Below are positions 15,702 to 24,064 of a stretch of DNA of 64,000 bases, one piece after another. The DNA lies in the NCBI GenBank assembly GCA_026706075.1, contig JAPOZM010000108.1, positions 30,685-94,684 of the forward strand, written 5' to 3'. Each line of letters opens with the position of its first letter. Position 1 is the stretch's first letter. The notes beneath the pieces were generated by a model. The model did no database searches and was not told the origin of the DNA. It worked only from the letters and a program-made list of their open reading frames with translations. The DNA comes from Gemmatimonadaceae bacterium. Its GTDB lineage: Bacteria > Latescibacterota > UBA2968 > UBA8231. A program made the position numbers and the translations under genes.

Positions 15702-17930
15702 TCATCCGGAAACGACCAGGGTGTTCCCGCTCGCGTATTTCCCCGTCACGCCGTCGGTGGTGATCTCCACGACCCATCGAAACTCGCCCGGTGTGTCGGG
15801 CAGAAGGCTGCCGCAGATGTCGCCGTCGCGCTCCGTGCCGCTCACATCCGTCCACTCGGCATCCTCTCCGAGAATCTGCCACTTGGAGGTGCCGAAAGAC
15901 GTGACGCTGTCGGATACGACGTTGGAGACCGTGAGGCAGCCTCCTCCGGGAGCGACCGCAATTGTCAGAACGCCCACCTGGGCCTGGATTCCTCCGCCGG
16001 CAACTACGTGAATCCAGTCAACCGGTGTGTATTCATCCGCGGCATCGGCGGTGACGGTGACGCTCGCGCTCAGGGGCGTCGACACCCGACCTCCCGGGTC
16101 GCTGGCCGTCACCATCACCGTGGTCGTTCCCTCGGCGACTCCCGTGAACGTCACCGTGTGGCCCGCCACCGACACCATGGCAATGCCCTCGTTCGCCGAC
16201 GACGCCGAGTAGGTCAGCGCCTCCCCGTCAGGGTCGCTGAAGTACGCATCCACGTCCACGTCCACGGACTGGCCTGGCCGCAGGCTCTGCGGCGGCAGCG
16301 CGCTCACTGTCGCCACCGGCGCCTGGTTCGCGGCCTCCACGGTGACACGGACTCCCGCGGAGCAGTTGTTGCTGGCGCTCTCGCCGTCGCTTCGGTCCAC
16401 GCAGGCGCCGTAGTAGTAGGTGCCTTCGGCCGATGGGGCCTCGAGGAGGATCGACTCGGCACTGGCGCCGGAGGCGGCCAGGGCGCTCACCTGATCCGTG
16501 CCGACTTGCGTATCCGCCGTGGAGATCGTCCGGTTCGACGAGCGGTAGTAACGCAACACCGTCGCTGCCGACTCACCCGTGCCCTGGTTGCGAATCGTGG
16601 CGCTGAGTGTAAAGGTCTGCCCCGGAGTCAGGTTGTTGTCGCTGACCAGGATCGATTGAACGACCAGGTCGGCGGGGCTGCCGGACACCTCGAAGGTGTA
16701 GGTCCGCAGGACCGTGCCGTCCGCTTCGCTCCGCAACTCCACCGTGCCCTGACCCTCCCCGCACCCGGCCAGGTAGACCGCCTGTCCGTCCTGGCGCGAG
16801 CCGGTGTCCTCGGCCTCGGCCGGACAGTAGTTGCCCCGGCCGCTGCGCGTGGTGATCTCCAGCAGCCGGGGGGTTCCCGCCGGATTGACCACCACCGTGA
16901 CCGGCTCCTCGGCCTCGACGGTGAACCGGTGCCAGGCCCCGTCGTCGGCAAACGACAGCGTCGGGGAGTCCGGCGACAGCGAGACGGCCGGACCCGCCGC
17001 TTCCCCGATGGCGGGCAATGTCGGATCGGATGGATCGTTGAGGTAGGCGGCGATGGTCCAGGCGTCGGACAGATCGATCCGGCCGTCGGCGTTGACATCG
17101 CCCAGGGAGATATCGCCGCCGTTCGGCATGACGATGGAAGGATCGAGGCTGTACGCCACCACCAGCAGGGCGTCGAAGAAGTCGACGTGGCCGGTGTTGT
17201 CCACGTCGCCCAGAATGCCCCCCGTGGCCACCTTCGCCGAGGGAATGTCGCCCGGCCCTTCGACCATCACATCCAGCGGGGCCATGCCCGCCTCCACCCG
17301 GAAAGCCGGATCGACGTAGGGGACCCGTCCCGGCCCCGAGACGATCAGTCCGTAGGCCGGCGCTCCGGCCTCGGCGGCGGGAGCCTCCCCGGCGGAGCCT
17401 GCCCCCGACGGAATCCCCGCCTGTCCGTCGATCAGCAGCATCGGCCTGGTGATCTCCGCCCCGCCCCCGCTCAGCCGGCAGATGTAGACACCGGCGCCCA
17501 CCGCCTGACCCGCCGCATCGGTGGCGTCCCACTCCGCCGTGTGAGCACCGGCCGGCTGCTCCCCGTCCACCAGGGTCGCCACCCGTTGCCCCAGGACATT
17601 GAACACTTCCAGGCGCACGGCCATCGGGGCTGGCAACTGATACGGGATGAGTGTGGAGGGGTTGAAGGGATTGGGGTAGTTCGACCCCAGCTGGAAGCGC
17701 GCCGGCAGGGTTTCCGCCGGGGCGGCCAACGGCAGGGTGAACCGCCCCGACCGGTCCGTGATGGCAGCCAGCGGGGCCTCGCGCAGATCGGTCAGATCGA
17801 GCAACAGCACCTGGGCCCCGGCCACCGGGGCGCCCGAGGGCAAGAGCACCCGCCCCTCGACCCGGGGCTCGGCCCCTGCACTGCTCCATGGCACTGCCAG
17901 CCCGATGATGAAGAGGATTGCTGTCTTCAT
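15702..17930 (-). CDS. Secreted surface protein (742 aa). It shares the N-terminal module of the 7662-11597 protein (CarboxypepD_reg-like, internal T9SS/FlgD-Ig-like, dockerin-like pair, two-Cys domain). This is followed by a CARDB-like domain, a cadherin/Ig-like domain and an unknown C-terminal domain.
   Basis: ATG at 17928-17930. The signal peptide is MKTAILFIIGLAVPWSSAGA. Matching motifs are NYPNPFNPSTLIPYQLP...GVYICRL, GDVDNTGHVDFFDALLVVAY and DVNADGRIDLSDAW. The CARDB-like stretch is DLVVQSILVSDNNLTPGQTFTLSATIRNQGTG. The Ig/cadherin-like stretch is DAYFSDPDGEALTYSASS...VTFTGVAEGTTTVMVTASDPGG. Confidence 0.85.
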   Translation of the reverse strand: MKTAILFIIGLAVPWSSAGAEPRVEGRVLLPSGAPVAGAQVLLLDLTDLREAPLAAITDRSGRFTLPLAAPAETLPARFQLGSNYPNPFNPSTLIPYQLPAPMAVRLEVFNVLGQRVATLVDGEQPAGAHTAEWDATDAAGQAVGAGVYICRLSGGGAEITRPMLLIDGQAGIPSGAGSAGEAPAAEAGAPAYGLIVSGPGRVPYVDPAFRVEAGMAPLDVMVEGPGDIPSAKVATGGILGDVDNTGHVDFFDALLVVAYSLDPSIVMPNGGDISLGDVNADGRIDLSDAWTIAAYLNDPSDPTLPAIGEAAGPAVSLSPDSPTLSFADDGAWHRFTVEAEEPVTVVVNPAGTPRLLEITTRSGRGNYCPAEAEDTGSRQDGQAVYLAGCGEGQGTVELRSEADGTVLRTYTFEVSGSPADLVVQSILVSDNNLTPGQTFTLSATIRNQGTGESAATVLRYYRSSNRTISTADTQVGTDQVSALAASGASAESILLEAPSAEGTYYYGACVDRSDGESASNNCSAGVRVTVEAANQAPVATVSALPPQSLRPGQSVDVDVDAYFSDPDGEALTYSASSANEGIAMVSVAGHTVTFTGVAEGTTTVMVTASDPGGRVSTPLSASVTVTADAADEYTPVDWIHVVAGGGIQAQVGVLTIAVAPGGGCLTVSNVVSDSVTSFGTSKWQILGEDAEWTDVSGTERDGDICGSLLPDTPGEFRWVVEITTDGVTGKYASGNTLVVSG

Positions 17931-18017
17931 TTCGATGCCCTCTCGAGTTGAGCATTTCCAGGGAGAGTCAGGGGGGGATGGCCAAAGGATGGTCAATCGC
18001 GGCCCGATGCGCCAGCG

Positions 18018-18968
18018 TTACCCCTTGCGCGCAAGCCGCCAGACATCGGGCTCCATGTTGTTGCCCGCCACCATCCACAGCGACCCGTCGTGGACGAAGA
18101 CGCTCGCCGCATGCCGGGGAGCCCAGGGGGTGTCGGGCAACTCGGCCCAGTCCACGCCGTCCGCCGAATACCACACGTCCCGGCGGTTCCCGCTCTCGGC
18201 CGCCCAGCCCTCCATCACCCACATGCGGTCATCGAAGACGGCCACCTCGTGGTACTGCCTGGCCGCCCACGGGGCGTGGGGGACGTGCTGGTCCCAGTTG
18301 ACTCCGTCTGCCGAGCTCCACACGTCATTGAAGAACTTCCGAACGGGAGTCGCAGGCGTGTCGTACGTGCCCCCGCCCGGAATCCACATCCTGCCGCCGT
18401 GGACCGCGGCGCCCCCGATCATCCCCCGGGGCGCCCACGGAGCGCTCTCCACGACGCGGGTCCAACTGACGCCGTCGGCGGTGCACCACACATCGTTGTA
18501 GAAGACCTCGTCGCCGCCCGCGAACTCGGGCATCGTCTGTCCCCCCATCACCCAGATCCGGCCATCGAATGCCACCGTGTAGTGGAGCGCCCGCGGCGCC
18601 CACGGCACGCGGTCGAGCACCAGATCCCAGTGAACGCCGTCGGCGCTGCTCCAGACATCGCTCTGGTAGTGCCCCTGGTTGCAGTCTCCGCCCACGATCC
18701 ACATGCGGCCGGCATGCACCACGTATCCGGCGCAGTGCCTCCCCTCCCACGGCGCCTGGAGGCTCTCGAGCCTCCAGGCGGCGCCGTCGGCCGACGACCA
18801 GACCTCGCTGTTGCAGATCAGGGGGAAGTGGTCCTTGTCCCCGGGATTCCATCCGCCCAGCAGCCACATCCTGTCCCGGAAGACCAGGGCGCCGGCGCCG
18901 TCTCGAGCGGCGAAGGCGGCCTCTCCGGTGACGCGGCGCCACTCGTATCTGCGATCATCGTGAGCCAT
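18018..18968 (-). CDS. Six-bladed Kelch-type beta-propeller protein with Asp-box-like motifs and no signal peptide.
   Basis: There are six repeats of the form (R/S)(M/I/L)W(I/V/L/M).GG ... DVW(S/C/Y)(S/T)ADG..W, for example SSADGAAW, SSADGVHW, CTADGVSW, SSADGVNW and YSADGVDW. ATG at 18966-18968. Confidence 0.8.
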   Translation of the reverse strand: MAHDDRRYEWRRVTGEAAFAARDGAGALVFRDRMWLLGGWNPGDKDHFPLICNSEVWSSADGAAWRLESLQAPWEGRHCAGYVVHAGRMWIVGGDCNQGHYQSDVWSSADGVHWDLVLDRVPWAPRALHYTVAFDGRIWVMGGQTMPEFAGGDEVFYNDVWCTADGVSWTRVVESAPWAPRGMIGGAAVHGGRMWIPGGGTYDTPATPVRKFFNDVWSSADGVNWDQHVPHAPWAARQYHEVAVFDDRMWVMEGWAAESGNRRDVWYSADGVDWAELPDTPWAPRHAASVFVHDGSLWMVAGNNMEPDVWRLARKG

Positions 18969-19190
18969 GCAAGAAACCCGTGTGATGTGAACGTCGCGGG
19001 CGTGGGGAGCTACCCGGCGTTACGTGCTCGGAGAGTTGCCAGTTCCAGGTCCGTTGGGGCGCCGAAGGCGAGGGATCGTCGGGGGTTGCGGGCGGAGTGG
19101 GGGTGGCCGCCACGGGGTGGGTGGATGCGGCTATGAGGGCTATGGTGGGGGCGGGGAAGCTGGTTGCGCAGTGTCGCAGCCTGATGCCCC

Positions 19191-20297
19191 TCACGACTCG
19201 ATCAACTTCAGCTGGGATCCGTATTTCACACCCGCGATCTCGCAGGCCGTCTTGATTCTACGTCGGATGGTATCGGCGCTGAGATTATGGCCCAGCCACC
19301 AACCATTCCCAAGATCCAGCGACATCTTCTCTACCAAGTCAGGTGTGTCTGGGTAGAGGGCCTGTCGGTCACGCGCAACCAGTTGCCGTTTCCGTCCCAC
19401 CGTTTGAGCCGCGAAGCGCTGCATGAATTGGGAATCACGCCGATGAAACTCCTTCAGCACCTCCGCCAGAGCGCGATACGCAGTCCCGGTCTCCACGCTC
19501 CTGTTCTCCAAGATGAACCCGGTGATCTTCGTACCTCGCGGCGTCGCAGGCTGAGGTTTCGGTGGGGTCTTCGTGGGGCGGGATCCGGCGGCCGGCGCGG
19601 GGGCATCGGGCACTTCGGGCACTCCACCGGAGAGGCACGCCTTCAGGAAGGACTCCACATCATCCTGTTCAGGCATGGTTCCACATGCACTTGCCACCTG
19701 TTCCATAAGCAGATCACGGAGCATGTCGTCCGGTCTCTCCAGCAAGCCTCTCCAGACCCCTGGCATGGCTTCGCGGGCCTTCTCCCGTTCCTGGTTGCTT
19801 TCATGCAACTGCTCCGCTGCACGGCGGGCCTCGCCCGAAGCGACGCGTCCCTTCCGAAGGTGTTTTCCCAGGAAACGGGCGTGCTCGGCAACCCTCTCCC
19901 CGCGCGTCAGTTTCGCCCGATAGAACCGCCGCTCGGCGGGCACACCTGCCGCCATGCTGAGATAGAAATCCCAGAGGTCGCCGTCCGTCAGGATAAGGAA
20001 TGGGACGCCCTTGTTGACAGCATAACGGAACAGCTGCTCCTCGCCCGCGAGATCCACGCGGCCAATCCCCTTGGCTTCCACGAATATCAGCGGGGCTCCC
20101 TTCTGTCCAAGCAGGGCGTAATCCACCCGGCCACTGTCCACGGAATACTCCGGCACGAATTCCGCCGGATCTGCGTCGTCCCAGTCCAAAGCACGAAGGA
20201 TTGGCACGATGACCGCCTGCTTCACCTGCGCTTCATTCTCCAAGGAGCCGCTGCGTATGCGCTGGATCACCAACGCCAGTACTTCCTCCAGGTTCAT
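19191..20297 (-). CDS. Protein with a type I restriction enzyme R N-terminal-like (HSDR_N, PD-(D/E)XK fold) domain, a Pro-rich linker and an uncharacterised C-terminal domain.
   Basis: ATG at 20295-20297 follows GGGGGAGGAG. EAQVKQAVIVPILRALDWD...GRVDYALLGQKGAPLIFVEAKGIG...QLFRYA...FLILTDGDLWDFY matches the HSDR_N_2 pattern (D...E.K core). The linker is PAPAAGSRPTKTPPKPQPATP. GC is lower, about 52% on one hand-counted 60-nt line. Confidence 0.7.
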   Translation of the reverse strand: MNLEEVLALVIQRIRSGSLENEAQVKQAVIVPILRALDWDDADPAEFVPEYSVDSGRVDYALLGQKGAPLIFVEAKGIGRVDLAGEEQLFRYAVNKGVPFLILTDGDLWDFYLSMAAGVPAERRFYRAKLTRGERVAEHARFLGKHLRKGRVASGEARRAAEQLHESNQEREKAREAMPGVWRGLLERPDDMLRDLLMEQVASACGTMPEQDDVESFLKACLSGGVPEVPDAPAPAAGSRPTKTPPKPQPATPRGTKITGFILENRSVETGTAYRALAEVLKEFHRRDSQFMQRFAAQTVGRKRQLVARDRQALYPDTPDLVEKMSLDLGNGWWLGHNLSADTIRRRIKTACEIAGVKYGSQLKLIES

Positions 20298-20383
20298 CTC
20301 CTCCCCCTTGGTGGAATGACTCTGCCCCCCCGTGTCTTGGCGTATACTGCCCCGTGCGCCATGGCGTCCCACAGAGCCCACGA

Positions 20384-21955
20384 CTACCCCCCCTCCACCT
20401 CGAAGGCCACAATGTTCCTGCTCTCGCGGCTGAACTCCACCGCTACCAGGTGAATCGGCTCCCCGCGGCCCCGGTACTTGTCCGCGTAGCCCCGCTCCTT
20501 CAACTGCGCCATGGCGGCGCCCGCCGCCGTCAGCTCCACCACCTTGAACTCGAAGAGGTACACGTTGCCATTGAACAGCACCGCCATGTCGAGGCGGCCG
20601 TGGCTGGTGCTGTCCTCGACGATGACACGGAGGCCGAGGCCGGCGAAGCAGGAGTAGAAGACGCTGGCGTAGTACCCCTCGTACGAGGCGATGTCGTTCT
20701 TCGAGTGCCACTGGTAGGGTATCCCGGACAGGAAGGCACGGAACAGGCTCTCCAGGCCCGCGAAGTCGTTGACCAGCAGCAGGTCGTACAGCCGGGCGCT
20801 GTGCTCCTCCCCGCGGGTCGAATCACCGGCGAGGTGGTTGAGCAGGCTTTCGTTGATGCTTTGCCGGACCTCCCGGTTCGGGTAGCCCAGCCGGTAGAAC
20901 GTCCGCCCGCCGCGAGGCTCGACGGCGTGAATGGTCAGGTACCCGGTCTGAAAGAGCAGCGCTTCGGTCGCCATGTCCTCGACGTCGAACTGGGAGAGCA
21001 GCGCGTCGCTGGCGAGCATGCGTTCCAGGGAAACGGAGCTCACCCCGCGCTCCATCAGCGTCTCGACCAGGAAAGCCGGCCTTCCGGTCTCGAACCACCA
21101 GGCGCCGAAGCGGCGCTTGTCGAAGAGCAGCAGGATGTCGAAGGGGTTGTAGACCTTGTCGTCGCCGAGCCAGCCGTAACCGTTGTACCACTCCCGGATC
21201 TCCTCGCGGTGGAGGCCTGGCAACTCGGGGGCGAAGACCGCGTCCAGGTCCTCCTCGGTGTAGCCGCAGACGGCGGAATAGCGCGGGTCCAGGGTGATGT
21301 CGGAGAGGTTGTTGAGGCCGGAGAACAGGCTGACCTTGGAGAATTTGCTCACCCCGGTGATGAAGGTGAAGCGGATGTGGGCGTCGCAGTCCTTGACGAC
21401 GGCGTAGAGGCCGCGCAGGAAATCGCGGTTGGCGCGGGCCGTCTCCGGTGTGTCCAGCGCATCCAGAATCGGCTTGTCGTACTCGTCGACGAGCACCACG
21501 ACACGCCGGCCCGTGCGCTGATGCAGCCACTCGATCAGGTGGCGAAGGCGGGCGGGCACGGAGTCGGGGCGAGTGGTGACCGCCGCGTCGTCCTCCATGG
21601 CCTTCAACCGGTCCGTCACTTCCGTGCGCAGGTCGCCCGGCCCCTGGAAGTGGCCGCTGCCGAAGCTCAGGCGCACGACCGGATGGCGGATGGACCAGTC
21701 CCAGTGGGGGTGTATGTCGAGCCCCTCGAAGAGCGGCTCGTTGCCCTCGAACAGCTCCTTGCAGGTGTCGAGGAACAGGCTCTTGCCGAAGCGCCGGGGC
21801 CGCGACAGGAAGTAGTGCTTGCCGCCCTCCGCGAGGCGCCGCAGGTAGTCGGTCTTGTCGACGTAGTAGCAGTTCTCCTCGCGGATCTCGCGGAAGGTCT
21901 GAACGCCGATGGGCAGCCTTCGCCTGGCGCCTGTACTGTTACCCGGTCCGGTCAT
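20384..21955 (-). CDS. AAA-ATPase-like domain protein with a C-terminal PD-(D/E)XK nuclease domain (AAA-ATPase_like + PDDEXK_9 architecture).
   Basis: The N-terminus is RRLPIGVQTFREIREENCYYVDKTDYLRRLAEGGKHYFLSRPRRFGKSL, with a Walker-A-like RPRRFGKS. VVVLVDEYDKP is Walker-B-like. The C-terminus is EGYYASVFYSCFAGLGLRVIVEDSTSHGRLDMAVLFNGNVYLFEFK, giving a D...E.K nuclease core. ATG at 21953-21955. The rest of the 1579-aa track ORF upstream is shadow. Confidence 0.8.
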   Translation of the reverse strand: MTGPGNSTGARRRLPIGVQTFREIREENCYYVDKTDYLRRLAEGGKHYFLSRPRRFGKSLFLDTCKELFEGNEPLFEGLDIHPHWDWSIRHPVVRLSFGSGHFQGPGDLRTEVTDRLKAMEDDAAVTTRPDSVPARLRHLIEWLHQRTGRRVVVLVDEYDKPILDALDTPETARANRDFLRGLYAVVKDCDAHIRFTFITGVSKFSKVSLFSGLNNLSDITLDPRYSAVCGYTEEDLDAVFAPELPGLHREEIREWYNGYGWLGDDKVYNPFDILLLFDKRRFGAWWFETGRPAFLVETLMERGVSSVSLERMLASDALLSQFDVEDMATEALLFQTGYLTIHAVEPRGGRTFYRLGYPNREVRQSINESLLNHLAGDSTRGEEHSARLYDLLLVNDFAGLESLFRAFLSGIPYQWHSKNDIASYEGYYASVFYSCFAGLGLRVIVEDSTSHGRLDMAVLFNGNVYLFEFKVVELTAAGAAMAQLKERGYADKYRGRGEPIHLVAVEFSRESRNIVAFEVEGG

Positions 21956-22012
21956 GGCGTTAATCTGCGGGACCTGACTCGCCCCTGACAAGCAGAGCCG
22001 CGAGGGCCCCCC

Positions 22013-23986
22013 ATGAACCGCACCATCCCCCCCGACTACCGCGCCACCCTCCAGGAGCGCGACCTCGCCCGCGCCTCCGCTGGCCCGGAGTCCGCCGTCA
22101 CCCTGCGGGGGATCGCCGTGGGCGCCCTCTTGTGCGTGGTCATCGGCGTCGGCGCCCCGTACACGACCATGCTCCTGCGGGGGACGCCCATGGGGTTCTC
22201 CTCGTGCACGCCGGCGGCCTTCTTCCTCCTCGCCCTGCTCCTGCTCGTCCACGTGCTGCTCCGGTGCTGGCGCCGATCCTGGGGGTTCACGCGGGGAGAG
22301 CTGATCACGGCCACGGTGATGATGATGGTGGCCGCGGCGATCCCGACGCGCGGGGTGACCGGCATGCTCCTGCCCCTGGTCACGGGGATCTACTACTACG
22401 CCTCCCCCGACAACCGGTGGGCGGAGCTGCTCCATCCGCACCTGGCGGAGTGGACGATGGTGGGTGATCCGGAGGCGGTGCGCGGACTCTACGAGGGCGG
22501 GATGCCGATTCCCTGGGCCGCCTGGATGCCGGTGCTGCTGGGGTGGCTGGCCTTCTACGCCGCCTTCTACCTGACCCTGCTCTGCGTCATGGCCATCCTG
22601 CGGCGCCAATGGGTGGAGCACGAGCGCCTGCCCTTCCCCATGGCCCAGGTGCCCCTGGCCCTGTTCCGGCAGCAGCGGGGGGCCATCCTGCCGGATCTCT
22701 TCCGCCGGGCGAGCCTGTGGGTCGGCTTCGCCGTGCCCGCCGTCGTGGGCGGCCTGCAGGGCCTGCAGCACTACTTCCCCGCGGTGCCGGCGCCCTACCT
22801 GGTGGTCAGAACGGTGGTGGAGGGCGTGCCGCTGCGGGTCGGCCTGAACTTCCTGATGCTCGGCTTCGCCTGGTTCATCAACACCAGCATCGCCTTCAGT
22901 CTCTGGTTCTTCTACCTGCTCATCGCGGTGGAGAAGAGGCTCCTCCACCTCATGGGCATCGACACCACCCACATCGGCCTGGGCTACTGGACGGAGCCGA
23001 CCATCGGACACCAGTCGATGGGGGCCCTGATCGTGCTCATCGCCGCCGGGCTCTGGTACGCCCGCGGCCATCTGCGGAGGGTGTGGCGCAAGGCCGTCCT
23101 GGGGGATGCTTCGATCGACGACGGCGGCGAGATCCTCCCCTTCCGCTGGGCTGTCATCGGCGGCGCCGCCGGCCTGGGGGGAATGACCCTCTGGCTGTGG
23201 CAGGCGGGGATGCCGGGATGGGCGGCGCCGGTCATCGTTCTGGGGGCCCTGGTGATCTTCACCGGGCTGACACGGGCCGTGGCGGAGGGGGGGATCCCCA
23301 CGATCTCGCCGGCCATGGTGCCCGCCGGCTTCGTGGTCACCACCTTGGGCGCGCCGGCCCTCGGTCCCACCGGCCTGCTGGCGGCCGGGCACAGCCTGAT
23401 ATGGAGCGGGGAGCTGCTGGTCTTCATGATGGCGCCCCTGGCCAACGGCCTGCGCCTGGGCAGCGAGACCTCCGGCAACCGGCGCCGGCTGCTGGCCGCC
23501 ATCGCCCTGGCCATGCTGGTCACCCTGGCCGTCTCCGTCTGGTTCACCCTGCGGCTGGCCTACGACCACGGCGGCGTGAACCTGGACCGCCAGTACTTCG
23601 GCTCCTTCGCCCGCTACCCGGCCGAACAGACGGTGTACCAGCTCCAGAACCCCGCGGAGCCGCTCACCGGCTTCCTGTGGATGCTCGGCGGCGGCGTGGT
23701 GATGGCCGGGCTCATGGTCGCCCGCCAGCACGTCGCCGGCTGGCCCCTGCATCCCCTCGGGTTCGCCGTGGGTCCGGGCTGGACCATGGAGGTGCTGTGG
23801 TCCTCCATCTGCGCCGCCTGGGTGATCAAGCGCGCCGTGCTGCGTTTCGGCGGGGCCGCGACCTACGAACGCACCAAGCCGTTCTTCGTGGGACTGATCC
23901 TGGGGCAGTTGGTGATCGCCGGCCTGTGGCTGATCGTGGACAGCTTCACCGGCACGGTGGGCAACGTCATCCCCGTGCTCTACTGA
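22013..23986 (+). CDS. Large polytopic inner-membrane protein (657 aa) of unknown function. From memory it resembles the DUF6785/DUF6784 family. This is copy 1 of a tandem pair.
   Basis: ATG at 22013. There are many hydrophobic segments, for example GIAVGALLCVVIGVGAPY, AAFFLLALLLLVHVLL, ATVMMMVAAAIP and LGWLAFYAAFYLTLLCVMAIL. The motif EHERLPFPMAQVPL is conserved. It is about 80-85% identical by eye to the 24065-26041 product. Confidence 0.8.
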   Translation: MNRTIPPDYRATLQERDLARASAGPESAVTLRGIAVGALLCVVIGVGAPYTTMLLRGTPMGFSSCTPAAFFLLALLLLVHVLLRCWRRSWGFTRGELITATVMMMVAAAIPTRGVTGMLLPLVTGIYYYASPDNRWAELLHPHLAEWTMVGDPEAVRGLYEGGMPIPWAAWMPVLLGWLAFYAAFYLTLLCVMAILRRQWVEHERLPFPMAQVPLALFRQQRGAILPDLFRRASLWVGFAVPAVVGGLQGLQHYFPAVPAPYLVVRTVVEGVPLRVGLNFLMLGFAWFINTSIAFSLWFFYLLIAVEKRLLHLMGIDTTHIGLGYWTEPTIGHQSMGALIVLIAAGLWYARGHLRRVWRKAVLGDASIDDGGEILPFRWAVIGGAAGLGGMTLWLWQAGMPGWAAPVIVLGALVIFTGLTRAVAEGGIPTISPAMVPAGFVVTTLGAPALGPTGLLAAGHSLIWSGELLVFMMAPLANGLRLGSETSGNRRRLLAAIALAMLVTLAVSVWFTLRLAYDHGGVNLDRQYFGSFARYPAEQTVYQLQNPAEPLTGFLWMLGGGVVMAGLMVARQHVAGWPLHPLGFAVGPGWTMEVLWSSICAAWVIKRAVLRFGGAATYERTKPFFVGLILGQLVIAGLWLIVDSFTGTVGNVIPVLY

Positions 23987-24039
23987 TCGGGCGCGGATCA
24001 CGGCGGCTCTCGCCGCGCTTCTCCCCATGCGCCACGGGG
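23987..24039 (-). pseudogene. Fossil copy of the 3' end of manB, carried along by the tandem duplication.
   Basis: 23987-24039 (tcgggcgcggatcacggcggctctcgccgcgcttctccccatgcgccacgggg) aligns with 26042-26097 (tcaggcgcggatcacggcgagcacctcgtcgcgcttctcctccatgcgccgcggg). The latter encodes the real ManB C-terminus ...RRMEEKRDEVLAVIRA*. The copy has substitutions and a length change that destroy the frame. Confidence 0.6.
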
Positions 24040-24064
24040 TCGATAGCCCTTCTTTACCCGCCCC

